Under the pieces are notes generated by a model that saw nothing but the letters and a program-made list of their open reading frames with translations, was not told the DNA's origin and searched no databases. Shown here piece by piece: positions 11,921 to 25,182 of a DNA stretch of 64,000 nt (position 1 is its first letter; every line of letters begins with the position of its first letter). Origin of the DNA: the human T2T-CHM13v2.0 reference genome, Homo sapiens; NCBI RefSeq assembly GCF_009914755.1, contig NC_060936.1; one strand, 5' to 3'. A program made the translations under genes and the position numbers.

Positions 11921-12220
11921 ATGTTAGTCTAAAACAGCACCTTGGATCTAAGCAGCACCTTTGAGAAAGAAAAGACTGCTTCAAGAATGTCTAGTTGCAC
12001 CTCCTTTCCGTATGTGGCCTAAATGCCTAGGTTGGATCAATAGTTTAATTTTTTTATTGAACTGTTTAATATTGACTATGGACTTACATTCACTTTTACT
12101 GTTTTCTGTATATTTACTTTTGCTTGAAGTGTTTTAATATTGACTATTTACCTCTGCTCATTTTTATTGATTTTCTGTATTTTTTCAATGAAAATTATAA
12201 TAAAAATTATTTTTGTTATC
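11921..12220 (+). ncRNA. RMST: Probable RMST terminal exon (~300 nt)
   Basis: A ~73-nt AG-free polypyrimidine tract (11845-11917) ends in CAG|A at 11920/11921. AATAAA at 12199 is followed by U/GU-rich sequence. Confidence 0.6.
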
Positions 12221-12235
12221 TTTTGTCTATTTCCT
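12199..12235 (+). terminator. Polyadenylation signal AATAAA with U/GU-rich downstream element
   Basis: AATAAA 12199-12204, upstream UGUA motifs (~12107, ~12176), downstream ttttgttatcttttgtct. Confidence 0.65.
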
Positions 12236-12840
12236 TTACACAATGGGATTTTAGCCTGTGTCTAGGCTGCTCCAGTTAGACAAATGATGCTTTTTTCTTA
12301 AGAACCACCCACTGTTAGTACCAAAAGAACTATATCCCCTCTCTACTCTCCACTCCCACATTTTGTTTGCATATCAATGTGTTTGGGGACATTTATCAAT
12401 CTAGTTGTAACTGTGATGCCCATTTATGTTTTAAACATATAAACATTAGAATTTGACTTTATCACTAAAGCCTAGGAATAATTGTCAATAAAGGAAAGGA
12501 CTTTGCAAGTAACAGAAACTTTTTTAAAATTATAGAATAATGTAAGTGTATTGCTATAAAAATAGAATGTAGTGAAAATCAGTGACACCACATTTGTATC
12601 CAGAGTTCTTTTATCATCATCAAATTTGTTCTTTAAAACTCGCACTTACCCCTGTAACCCCAGGTCCTAGAAATATCCCTGATAGTAGGGCATTAGTTAT
12701 TTGTGAACAAATGAATGGGAAAAGAGGGGAGAAAGATGATGTGAGAGGGAGAGAGGAAGGGGGAGCCAGGAGGAGAATAAAGAAGCAAAAGGCCATATCA
12801 TCGTAGGAAATATATTGTATATTTAGGAAAGCAGGGCAGA

Positions 12841-12886
12841 CATGTGCATGCATGGGCGCGCGCACACACACACACGCACGCACGTG
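12841..12886. repeat. Alternating purine-pyrimidine (CG)/(CA) tract with Z-DNA potential
   Basis: catgtgcatgcatgggcgcgcgcacacacacacacgcacgcacgtg. Confidence 0.75.
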
Positions 12887-14799
12887 AAGGCCTACTGCAA
12901 GAATGAGGAGAGTTTAAGTTTGGAGTAGATATTACTACACCACTCAAGATAAAATGTAATATGAGTGGCATAGAAAAAATTACTATAGGGACCTCATGTA
13001 AAGAAAGTTTTCTAGAATCAGGGAAAGATTAATGTCAGGATATAGACAATCAAATTTCCATAGGCAAGAGTCAAGGATTGAAAATTAATGTGTCAAGGAA
13101 TTCATGAAAAGCTTAAATGAGTGGTTCTTGGGAATTTTTCCAACACACAAAGTATTCTACCCTGGAGAATATATTTACTTCTAAATATCTTCACAAATAC
13201 CATTTGAAGCAGATAGTAGGTTTTAATGGACACACTTACTTAGATTAATTAATTACTGCTGAGTCTCAGTGGGCTGCAATCAGCTATTACCCATATGGGA
13301 TGAGATAAGTCTAAGCTTCCAGCATGCTGGTGATTTCAGGAATGGCCATGTATTTGCCTACTTTCCCCTTTCCTGTACTCTTGTGTGGTTCTATCTGAAT
13401 TCCAATACTTGCTTCATCTCTGAGGCAACTTGTGCAAAAGTGATTGACTGTCTCCAAGAAGGGCTCAGCAGCTCCCAATAGCTCTGGATATTGACTCTGT
13501 CACCGGATTCTGACCTTTTAAAAAGTATTGGCTGGCAATAAATCTCACAGGGTATTCCTATGTAAAGTGCATATAAATATGTTGGTGAGTGGAGCAGAAT
13601 GCTGCAATGAAAGGTGATCTCCCTCAGCAAGTGAATGAGTAAATCTCTCAATCTTGCCACTGGCCTTGGCACAAGCAGGAGACAAGCATGAGGAAAGAAT
13701 GAGAGTGTAGCAAGATCACAGAGCCATCTTTCTCATGTTGCTTAACTCTATGCCCTCATCAGAAATTTCTCTTCATCAGAGGTCTCACCAACAACATTGT
13801 CTTAGTCATTGGAGGACAATATTCATGGGATCTGGGTTTGGGCAGCTTAAGAAAAAAACCATACATCATCCTACATATTCAAATCCCAAAATGGTGCTAT
13901 GGAGTTGGTAGGCCTCCTAAGAAGGTGAAATAGAGAGTTTGGAAATCTTATCTCATTATTTGAGTGGTAACAGGCACACTGAACCCATCATTCAAATTGC
14001 AGAGCCTGATCTTTTTCATCACAATTTGGACCTCACCAAGTAGACATGTACACTGTGTTTCTCAGGTGCAAATGAGCTCATGCTGGCACACACCTTTCCT
14101 CTTGCCCACCTTTATCAGCAAAGTCACCCACATCTGCACGTGAGACATGACTGAGGAAGAAACAGAACCTGCAGCTTGGGATCAGGGTGGGGTCTACCAG
14201 GAGAGCAGAACCCAAAACCTCAGTGAACACCAAGTAATGTGACCCTCTTGGTCATGAGCCTCAGGTTTTCTGCTTCTAAACCAATTCCTGGAATCATATC
14301 TCTGCAGGGTAGCTACTCCAGAAAGGGTTTCCCCAGACCCGGTTTTTATAGATTAGACTATTCTTGGATTTGAAACACTGATGTCCAAAAGGTGGAGTGG
14401 GATGGGGTTTGAGGAAAATCTCTCTTGATTCTATTAGATGGCCCTTCTTACAACCTTCCATAAAAGAGACTCTGAAACATATGATAATTCAGAGATGGAA
14501 GTCAGTGATACCAGGCCTTTTTACCTTTTTCTTCACCTTTATTCCTTATCAAGAAGAATGCAAAATAAATCGGTTGGTTCAAGGTAATAAGGTTTGCCCT
14601 TATAGTTCATTGTTTCATTCCATTAACTTTTTTTCTCTTTCATCTGTTTAACTGGACATTAAAAAATCTTTTTTTAATGATAACAAACATTCTGAGAGTA
14701 TGTTTTAGCAGGGAATACATAAGCAATCTTATTGGTAGTCCAAAATTAGGTTACACAATGAGGGCTCAATAAATGTTGATGACTTAATTGCTTGCTTAA

Positions 14800-15300
14800 T
14801 TAAGCTCGAAGTTCTTATAGTGACCCCCAAGGCTCACATGGTCTGCATTCACCCCATGTTTCTGACCTCATCTCTTACCACTCTCCCCATTGCTGACTTT
14901 AGGGTATTTCATAAACACACCAAGTGTACTTCTACTTCAGAGCCTTTGAAATTGTTTCCTTGACCTAGAATACCCTTCCTGGATATTTACATGTCCACTA
15001 GCTCACTGACTCAAATCTCTGCTCCAAAATCTCTGATCAATGAGCCTTGCCCTGACTGTGACTATAAAATCACAAGTCTCCTCCTCTTCCAAACTCCTAC
15101 CACCTTGCTTTTTTTCCATAGTACTTTTCGTCATCTGATATACTACATATTTACCTGTTTCTTTATTTGTTTATAGTCTTACCTCACTAGCTCTGGGGGA
15201 GCTGGAAGAGAAATCTTCCTCTTTATTTGCTACTTTGTCCCCAGAGCCTAGAATTATGTTTGCACATAGTAGAAATTCAAATATTTGTTAAAAGAAGTAA
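14800..15300 (+). mobile_element. L2 LINE 3' end
   Basis: Pyrimidine-rich L2 3' region ending ccagagcctagaa...gcacatagtagaaattcaaatatttgtt. Confidence 0.65.
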
Positions 15301-15399
15301 TACATATATGGTACTTCCTGGCATTATTGTGTCAAGATACCACCATTATATGTCATGACAACAAAGAATCACTTACATTTCTCACCGAGTTCACCATGC

Positions 15400-15650
15400 T
15401 TCAACCATTATCTTCTTGTGAGACACATAGTTTTGCTTTTCTAGTTTTCCCTCTTATAAATAATGCAGAGATGGATCTTTCTTTGCCCATCAACTTTTAT
15501 CTCTATTTTTCCTTAGAATAAATTCTTAGTAGTGAAGTTACCAATTTAGAAATTAATGAGCATTTTGTGGCTCTTTATAACTATCATCAAATTGTTTTCC
15601 AGGAATGTTGTACCAATCTACACTCCTAGCAGAAGTAAATGTCAGAAAAT
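15400..15650 (-). mobile_element. Old L1ME 3' fragment
   Basis: ataaataatgcag ... ccttagaataaattctta ... caaattgttttccaggaatgttgtaccaatctacactcctagcag. Confidence 0.6.
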
Positions 15651-17110
15651 TTTTGTTTACCTTCTTTTCTTTATCAGTGTTATGCTGTTTCGCACAAAGT
15701 TAACGAGATTCCCTTGCTGTCTCCATTCCTTTTTTTTGTTCCCTCTGGGAGTGTCTGTCAAAATGTGCTGTTTCTATTTACTTTTTCAACTTTGATCTTA
15801 AATTTCTGGAATGAAAGCAATCATTTTAGAAATGGAAAGAAACCATAAATTATATATTTCAATCCCCCATTCCACATATGAGGAGATGGAGTTCACACTG
15901 CTGACTACTAACAAGGCCAGGAGTGAGAGACACAGGACTTTGGTGACTCACGTCAGCACCTGCAAATATTTGAAAACCATGAGTCACCAAATAGGAATCA
16001 AAGTACACCATGCTAACTCTTAAATACCAGTGTCTACCTGTTCCTTGTTAAAATTAAGGTCAAAATGTCCACAAGAGTATCTCTCGATGTTGAGAGATTA
16101 GCTCTGTTTGTGGTGTGTATGAAATAACTTTGAAGTTGCACTACCTGTTCTACTTACTATGTTAGCTTGTTCCAGAATCTTTTGTTTATCTAAGACTCTT
16201 GCACAATCTGGCTCCTTCATATTTGTCTTTTTTTTTTGTGAATTTCATAAAATTATAAGGTAACCAAGAAATGAGCAGCATTTGTTAAATTTCTTTGAAT
16301 AAAAGTAAAACAATCAGATAGTTGGTATTCCTACTAAAGAGAAAGGCCTTGGGCTTTTACAGAGCGATCAACAAATCGTCATTTGGAGACTTTGTGGAAA
16401 TGGCGATTCACACCAGCATGTACATTTGTATAAGCCTTTGGAGACATCCACATCTATCTTCACAGATAAGCACATATAGTCTCTCATTTATCTGTAGAGA
16501 AATATACATTAATGAAGAACTTAGAATTATATGTTGCCTTTCCTTTGAAATCTTCAAGACTAGTCCTATGGTTTTCTTCCACATTAAAAAAGCCTTAATA
16601 AGATGTTTTTCAGCTATGATGTTCTTACATTACTCATGAATTTAATTGTTAGAGGAATGCCATAGATCAAATGGTAGTTAATATCCATAGTAAAGAAGAA
16701 CTGTTTATTCCCAGATTTTGAAGGATGAATCAGTTGAGAGTTTAAATAGGATACTGTGTTCTGATAAAAATTAGTAGTATATGAAAATATGTCTTAACTG
16801 GAGACTACTCTAAATGCAGGATGTCTGCAATTTCTATTTATGAAGAATACACTGTTATTTACAAATAGGCTTTAATGTCTCTAAAGAAAATGTAATAGCC
16901 TAGATAAAATAAACAGATGACTTAAGTTGACAGGAGAAATCCAAAAGGAATGATAATGAATAAATTTAACAGATGCTTACTATGGTTGTATGTGTAGATG
17001 TGTACATGTGAGCATACCCATTTGTTTCAGGAGCACAAATTTCTATTAAATTCAAGGACCAAGAGGCAGGAGGCTCGAAAGAAAACCAGGCTTTAAGCAA
17101 ATACTGCACA

Positions 17111-18423
17111 TGCTTTTGCAAATATTATTTTCATCTGAAATATATACCTCTTGGTTATGGCCCCCTCCTATCCAGATTATAGAAAATAATTTCAGTAAAT
17201 ATTTTTCTCAATTTCACCAAATTCAAGTTTTTAAAGCCAATGAGACCCCCCACCATCTGTCAGCAGTTGTAGCCTCTCAAATCTAGAAAACAACTTTGTC
17301 TTAAGATGTTTATGGCTTTCCTGCCTCTCACTCCATTTCTGCACTATCTTCCTCTGTGAGACACCTTGGAACTAAGAACACAATAATCCACTAATAGCCG
17401 TTTAGATACCCTGTCTTTTACATAAATTTTCTTGATTAATTCTCTCAACAATCTCACTAGGAAGTTATTGCCCCAATTTTTTTTTTCTTCCAGATTTGGA
17501 AAGTAAGGCTTTTAGAGATTACGATTGCCTGGGATGTTTTTCAAAATATTCTCATCATAACCTTGATGTCAGTCCTCAGACCCAGGACAGGACTCGTACT
17601 AGGTGTGCCAATTATCAAGATATTGTCTCTCAGCTCCAAACTTATCTTCTATGCTTTGCGTAAGGTGATATAGTCAGATCCCTTCACTCCTACTTCTCAT
17701 CAGGGCTTTGAGGTCAAGCAGAGAGTGCCCACCACCCCTCCATACACATTCCCCTCTCCTGTCGCCTCTGATGATTGAGCCTGCCCAGTTGAGGGAAAGC
17801 TTGCAAGCCCTCTCAACCCGTCTGGTTCTCTCTGTCCATATTGCCAGCCTTTCCCCATATTCTTGGTAAAGGTCAGAATGATGCTAGAACAGATAGGGAT
17901 AGCCCTCTGGGCAAAAGCCTCTGAGTACCTGCATAGTAGGTTTCCCGCCTCCCAAGAGGGAGCAAAGTGTCAAGGGTCCCTAGGTCTCTGTGGGGTGGAT
18001 TTTCAGACCTTCCCCACATCCTTATGCAGACAGTGCAGCTGAGGAAGGCTTATATCCTAATTCTACTAGGGCATGTGACATCAAAACTAAAGGGAAGTTG
18101 AGGAAGTAGATATTTGAAAGAGGCTCAACCACCCTGTAGCAATCCACATAAACTTTTGATAATGGAACACAGAACACATTGTGTGCAATGGTAGCTGGTA
18201 AACAGGACAGTGGAATTAATACAATGAGAGGACCCTCCTCTGCTCCTGGCTAGATGTGTGGCCATGAAGAGGTTACTTACTCCTTTGAAGCCCAAGTTCC
18301 TCATCTTGCTTTTGCAAATGTTATTTTCATTTAAAATACATACCTTTTGGTTATGGTCCCTTCTTATTCAAATTATAGAAGCTAATTTCAATAAATAGTT
18401 TTTTTCAGTTTTATCAAATCCAA
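17111..18423 (+). repeat. Dispersed direct repeat, 2 x ~117 bp (17111-17226 and 18307-18423), ~84% identical by hand alignment
   Basis: Both copies read tgcttttgcaaat.ttattttcat...ttggttatgg...attatagaa..taatttca.taaata. Confidence 0.9.
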
Positions 18424-18540
18424 ATCCAAATTAACCCCCTAACTTGGGGGTGATTTCCATCCTTCCCATTTCAGGTTGTTCTGAGGCTCTCCTCAAGAGA
18501 TACAAGCAGAAATGCTTGAAAACCATAACAGCACTATGGA
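18230..18540 (+). mobile_element. MIR SINE split by a ~135-bp insertion
   Basis: The left half ends aagcccaagttcctcatct (18306). The right half resumes ggggtgat...caggttgttctgagg (~18446). Confidence 0.6.
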
Positions 18541-18639
18541 GACTATGAAGATATAATATCTCCAGGGTTATTAGATTAGAAACTGACATGAAAAAGACAA
18601 AAATGTCATTTCACTTGAAATGTAATGTGTAGATTTGAA

Positions 18640-18890
18640 ATTCATTTGCTGATTTATGTACCAAGTCCTCTGCCTGGGGCTAAGGATGTTGTCAAGAACA
18701 AAGCAGACACGGTCCCCAATTGGGACTAATGGCATCGTGGGGGTGACAGGGGAACAGACTGAGTGAGTGGTGAAAGTTGAATGAATGCTGTGAAAAGGGA
18801 TGCCCAGGGTTTAATAGACATATAGGGTGATTCCTTTGGGGGAATCAGAGAAGGCCTCCTGGACAAGCGATATGAACTCTGGTTTCAGAG
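18640..18890 (-). mobile_element. L2 fragment
   Basis: ttcatttgctgatttatgtaccaagtcctctgcctggggctaagga ... aatcagagaaggcctcctgga. Confidence 0.5.
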
Positions 18891-19339
18891 GAAGGAGGCC
18901 ACAACATCACGACTATCATAAAACTAGAAAACACAGAGTTGACATTCTTCCAGTCTCCATTTCCATATATTAAATAAGGATTCAAAGTAGTTCCTCCTAT
19001 TGTTGCACAGATATAAAATTAAAATGAATTCTTAGGTTGAGGGTGAACTTTCACACAGAACATTTTCCATTCTGATCCTCCTTGGCTAGCTGAGCAGGGC
19101 TCAGTATCTCCTGAACCATGGTTGAGAGGCAAAACCCCATTTCTCTTGATAGGTATAAAATAGAAACCCACACCTCTATCTTTGAGGGGATACAAATACC
19201 TTTCCTATTCCTACATAAACAAACCAAGGGGTTTCCCTTAAGGGGTGAGGACAAGTCAACTCTAAAGCTTTTCTGTTACTTTCCTCAATTTTCAGCTACT
19301 TTGCTAAATAAATGTCTCCTTCCCTTCACGTACAAAACT

Positions 19340-19530
19340 TCTTCAGAGACTTGTCATCACGTGTGACCTTGGAGAAGTTATTTAACCTCGCCAAAGAGGA
19401 ATGGTAAAACCTCTCTATAGAGGATGTTTCTCATACAGTTGTTGTAGAGAGTAAATTAGGTATGACTTAAAATAGTGCCTGAAATATAGTAAATGTTATA
19501 CAAGTGTAAGCTAATACTATTATGATTATA
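19340..19530 (+). mobile_element. MIR fragment
   Basis: gtgtgaccttggagaagttatttaacctc ... gttgttgtagagagtaaatt ... atagtgcctgaaatatagtaaatg. Confidence 0.65.
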
Positions 19531-19549
19531 ACCATCATCATTATTATCT

Positions 19550-20910
19550 TACTTCCTCCTTGCTCTCAGTTCACTCTAATTTGCCTTATAACCCATGACT
19601 CATCTCTGTAAATAGCTGCTGCTAAGGTCACCAATAACCTCCATGTAGCTAAATCTAATGAACTATTTAAATCCTCATTTACTGATTTCTCCATAGCAAT
19701 CTATGCTGTTGATCAGTGGCTTTAAATATATATATTCTCTTTTGTGTCATTTTGGCCTCTATGACACAACAATTTTCTGTTTTCTCTTATCTCTCTAGCT
19801 ACAGCTTCATTTCTTTAGCAGGTTTTTCCATTTTTGCCCAAACATTTCATCTGAAGTTACTTAAGATTTCAGGTATTTTCCTGGGCCTAGATCTCTTCCT
19901 CTTCTTTCTCTGGGAAATCTCCTCCAGGTCCATGGAGTCAATAACTTCTTCCCTGATCTCTTCTGAATTCCAAATCCATATATCTAAGTTCTTCTAGACA
20001 CTGCCACTAGAATGGTTCAAAGGTATATCACTTGCAACAAGTTCAAAACCGATTAGTTATCTTCTGCCCTAAACCTGGGCCTCCTACACGTTTTCTTATC
20101 TTAGTGGTTTATACCATTTGGGTAAAGCAGAAGTCTAGGAACAATCCTTGAAACAATTTTTTGACCCATTTCTAATCTAATTCAAAGTTATATTGATTTT
20201 TATGTCTTACATATCTATGAAATCCATCTGTCTCTCTGTCCTCACCACCACTACCCAAGGTCGACTTGCCAAAACTGCTGCAATGGCCTACAATTCCAAT
20301 GTGTTTTGAATCCTCTCTGGGCCTCCAGTCTCACAGCGCAGCCAGACATAGCTCTTCAAATTCAAGTGTGACATGTTAACTTTCTTTCCTTCTTAAATCC
20401 CTTTAATGATTTGCCAGTTCTGTTAAAATAAAGGCCCAAGTCACCACCATGGCCCATAGGTGCTGTATGATTTGGGCCCTGTTTACCTCTTCAGGTTTAT
20501 CTCCATTCTCTGGGCAATCTACTTACCTTAGCATCCCTTCCCATCTCTTCCCACCCTCATGGCTGCCTCCACCTGGAAGCCTTTCCAAGCCCACTTCTCT
20601 GCCTTTCTCTCTCTAGTTCACATCTATTCAGCCTTCAGACTCTTCTCCCATCTATCACATTCCTAGCTTGTTGTCCAGATCAGGCTCACCTGTTACTTAT
20701 TCCCATCAAAGCATAGTTCTTTCTTTCAGAGCATTTGACTTGGTTTCTAATCAATTATCATTTGCATAATTCATGTTTTTCTTCTCAAGTATAATTGATA
20801 CTCCATGAAAGCAGGGACTATTTCTGGTTTGTCCCTATTTTTCTCCAACATTTACCAGAGGGCCTGGTACACAGAAAGAACTCAATGTTTGTTGAATGAT
20901 TGCTTGAATA
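19550..20910 (+). mobile_element. L2 LINE (ORF2 remnant and 3' end)
   Basis: gctaaggtcaccaataacctccatgtagctaaatctaatg ... ctccatgaaagcagggact ... cctggtacacagaaagaactcaatgtttgttgaatga. Confidence 0.8.
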
Positions 20911-22067
20911 ATTTCTCCATCCTGGGACAACTTATCAGAACATTTCATGTTTCTTTTCAAAAATCTCAAATTGCCTCCCAAGCTTGATTTCACTACATAA
21001 TTATTCAAAGAAATAAATTTGAGGATTATAATTGAATTTTGGGATGAAATATGGCAAAAATTCCTTTTTAATAGACGTAGCCTCCCTGTAAAAGTGAGGT
21101 TCATTAAAGTAGAAGTTGGAAGAATTTGTGAAAACATCCACAAATAAAGTACACAAGATTCAAATGGGAGCACAGCTGCAATTAATTTGAAACCTAAATT
21201 GTGTTTTTGCAGCAACAAAGTTATAGAAAAATGAGTCATGAAGTAATTGTTATTGTGACATAGCTCCATGTTACAGTTGAAGTACTTTGCACAGCTGTAA
21301 TCTCAAACTACCTTGAGGTTTGCCACATTCTTTAATTTTCTGATTGATTAAATGGTTTATTTGACATTTTGGCAGATCACAGAAATTGCTGAATAACAAA
21401 GCCTCCTTTCATTCTTCATTATTTGCTCTCTTTGAGCTTAATGCAAATTCTTTAGGAACAAAAGTGTAATATTCCTTTTCTATAATTTTGTTTCAGCGTT
21501 GTATTTTTACTGATAATAGTAGCAGTTCCTACACAAAAACTTCACATTATTAACTTTGATATCATTCTGCCTAATAAAATGTAATACATAATAAGATATG
21601 AAGTTCATACCATACTCAGACTTTTCTATTCTTGTCATTTGTATAGAGAATTACATACTTTTACATTCTTGTCATTGGAACAGAAAATTAAAAAAAATAA
21701 AACCTCACTGGTGATGGGAAATTTTTTCAATTTTGGCTGTCAGGGTATTATTTGGGAAACTAGGTATTTCCAGGTGGCTAGCTAAATGATGGTTTGGACA
21801 GTTTTACACTGACTAGATTGGCCAAGGGAGAGCTTTTTGGTTCCAAGCTCATTTTCTCTGGCCTGTTCAGTTAGCACCGATTATATAATACATATTGCAT
21901 AGTTGGTCCTCATCCACTGGGACAATCCACAGACCTCTGTTTACCACCACCATCTGACCTCTGACTTGCAGAAGTTTCTCAGCCTCACTAATTAGATTAT
22001 CATACCTACTCAAGGAAAGAGGGTATTCGTTGTGGTGCTGACTGACTAGAAAGGCTACCCTAACACG

Positions 22068-22860
22068 CATTCATTGAGTTCCTACTAAGTGATAGGTGCT
22101 TTGCTAGGCATAAGACATAGACGCTGGAAAGACACCGACTTCTCTCTGATGCAAGACCCTCAGGCTGAAGTGGGGAAAGTAATTGTAATGCAGCATGATA
22201 ACTACTCTATTAGAAGATTGAGCCATCCCCCACCCAGACTTGGCAAACAAGGAAAGGCTTGTTAGGGAAGTCACATCTCAGCTGAGATTTGAAAGGTAAG
22301 TTGGAGGAAGCCTAGTGAAGAAAGCTGAAGGAGGAATGTAGAGCGTTCAGGATAAAGCAGCAGCCCGTGGTAAGCTTAGAATCATCATCCACCACGACAA
22401 GATGCAAGATAGGTAATCAATTCAGTACATCAGAATCACTGGCTATGAAGAGAAGATTCAAGCAGAGACCTGCAGGGTATGTCAAATAAGGAGTTATATT
22501 TTATCTTGTGTGCAATAGAGAGCCACTTAAGATTCAGAGACAGAGAGAACTGTGATCAGCTTTGGTTCTCGGGAGGATCTCTCTAGCTGCAGGGTGGGAG
22601 AATAAGATAAGATGGGGGCAGAGAGACGCGTCAGGAGGCTGACACAGTAATCCGGGAGAGAATTTATCAGGACCCAAACTACAGTGGTAGTGATGGAGAT
22701 GGAGACTACAGGGGGCAGATTAGAAAGCTATTAAGGAGGACTATTAAGAAGGAGTTTGCAACCAATCGAACATAGGCAGGGAAGGAGGAGATAGAGTTGA
22801 GAGTAATGTTTAGGCTTCCTTGGGTTCCTGCATGGATGGCATTACATTCCATGAGATAAC
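22068..22860 (-). mobile_element. L2 fragment
   Basis: cattcattgagttcctactaagtgataggtgc ... gcaatagagagccact ... gtggtagtgatggagatggaga. Confidence 0.65.
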
Positions 22861-24465
22861 ACATTTCCTATCGGCAGTGCTAATTAAAAATAGCTGGGCA
22901 CACTCCTGGATCCTGGATATTTTAAGTAGAAGGGATCCATAGCCTTCTGTAGCTGAAAGCTTTCCCCTCTATGCAAGAGATTAGGTACTGGGGCCTTTTT
23001 CTTCCACGGGAGGCTTCAGCTAGGTGGCCCTTATGTTGGCCCACCCTCCCCTCTGGACTTAGCTCTTTTATAACACAGATCAGATGGTGCTATAATTGTC
23101 TCTTAACTGTTTTCCCCACCAGACTGTGAGTACCTTTTGAGCAGAAACTGTGTTTTATGAATCATTACTCATTACTCAGGCATTCAAGAACTCAACAATG
23201 TGTGCAACATTCCTAATGTTTACTATGTGTCAGGCTCTGCTTTATTGTATGCTAAGGACCTATGTGCCTGGCACATAGGAGACCCTCAAAAAATGTTCGA
23301 TGAATTAAATTCAGCCCAACATATGATTTAGTTGGCTACTACTCAAAGATTTTCACTCTAATGTGAGAAAATATCAAAATGTAAGCTTTTGCAACACATT
23401 CAAATGTACTCCTCCTTTCAGTACAAGCTAAACTTTCTTCTTTACTCAGTGCCACCACTAGACTCTTGTCATAAAGGTTTAAGTTTTTCACCTGTCTTGT
23501 TTTATTGGTCTCATGCTTTGCTGGGCAGACTGCATTTTGGTCATACTTAATATAGAGAACAATAATGTCTGCTATTTTTCCAGGACAATGGTAATTAGCC
23601 ATTGGTGCTTTGCAGTCAATTCAATCTGTGTTCAAATCCTGACCCTGTCACTGGTTAGTGGGATGTCACATCTACTTTATTTCATTTTCAGAAAATTCAT
23701 TTTCTCATCTTCATAAAAATGGGAATAATAATAGTATGCACATCATAGGATGGTAAGAAATAAATAACCCAGTAATTGACAGAATTTGCTAAATTTACCT
23801 ACAGTGATTCCATTTATGGAAATGCTTTTCAACTTTCAGCATTTATTTAATGATACTTATTGATGATCTGTGACATACAAAACCTTGTAGCATGGAGGAT
23901 GCAAAGTTGCATACCTTAAGTCTAATAAAGGAGACAAAATATCAAATAGACAAGTTACTGTACTAAAAGGAAGCATCTAATAAGTGCCACAGCCTGACCC
24001 ATTGCTATTTCTCAATGTTGCTTTTATTAATATTGTATTAATAATAGACCCCATCCACAGATGGGGATATTGATAATATCAATTGTATTGATAATAGACC
24101 CCATCCCAAGAAATGATGATTCAATTGGCCTGGGTAGCTGGTAATTTTTTAGATACACCCTGGGTGGTTCTCTGTGCTGCACATTTCAGAACCACACACA
24201 GAAGAAATACAATGAAGAAGAAATTACTTTTGGCTGAGACTCCCGAAAAAAGCTTCCTGTAGAAAGAGTTATCTTGAGGGATAGATATGACAATTTTTAA
24301 ACTTAACTAGGTGTTATACTTTTTATTATAAACAATTAAAATGATAACAATTATTTTGAAAAAAAAGCAAGACTCATCCCCAAATCCTGTCACGTTTTTA
24401 AAATGCTGTATTTCTATATATTTTCCTTTTTTTGTTCATGCACATATTTATTTGTCACAGCAAAG

Positions 24466-25094
<629 letters not shown>

Positions 25095-25182
25095 TTCTAG
25101 AAGGTATGATTTATACGAGACATAGTAGAGAGTCAGAAGTAGTCAATACATTTTAATTATTGTTGTTGTTTTTGTTGATATA

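Noticed and set aside
20835-21269. 144-aa minus-strand ORF
   Set aside because: AT-rich composition (F/L/I/N), ends inside L2, no domain or splice context
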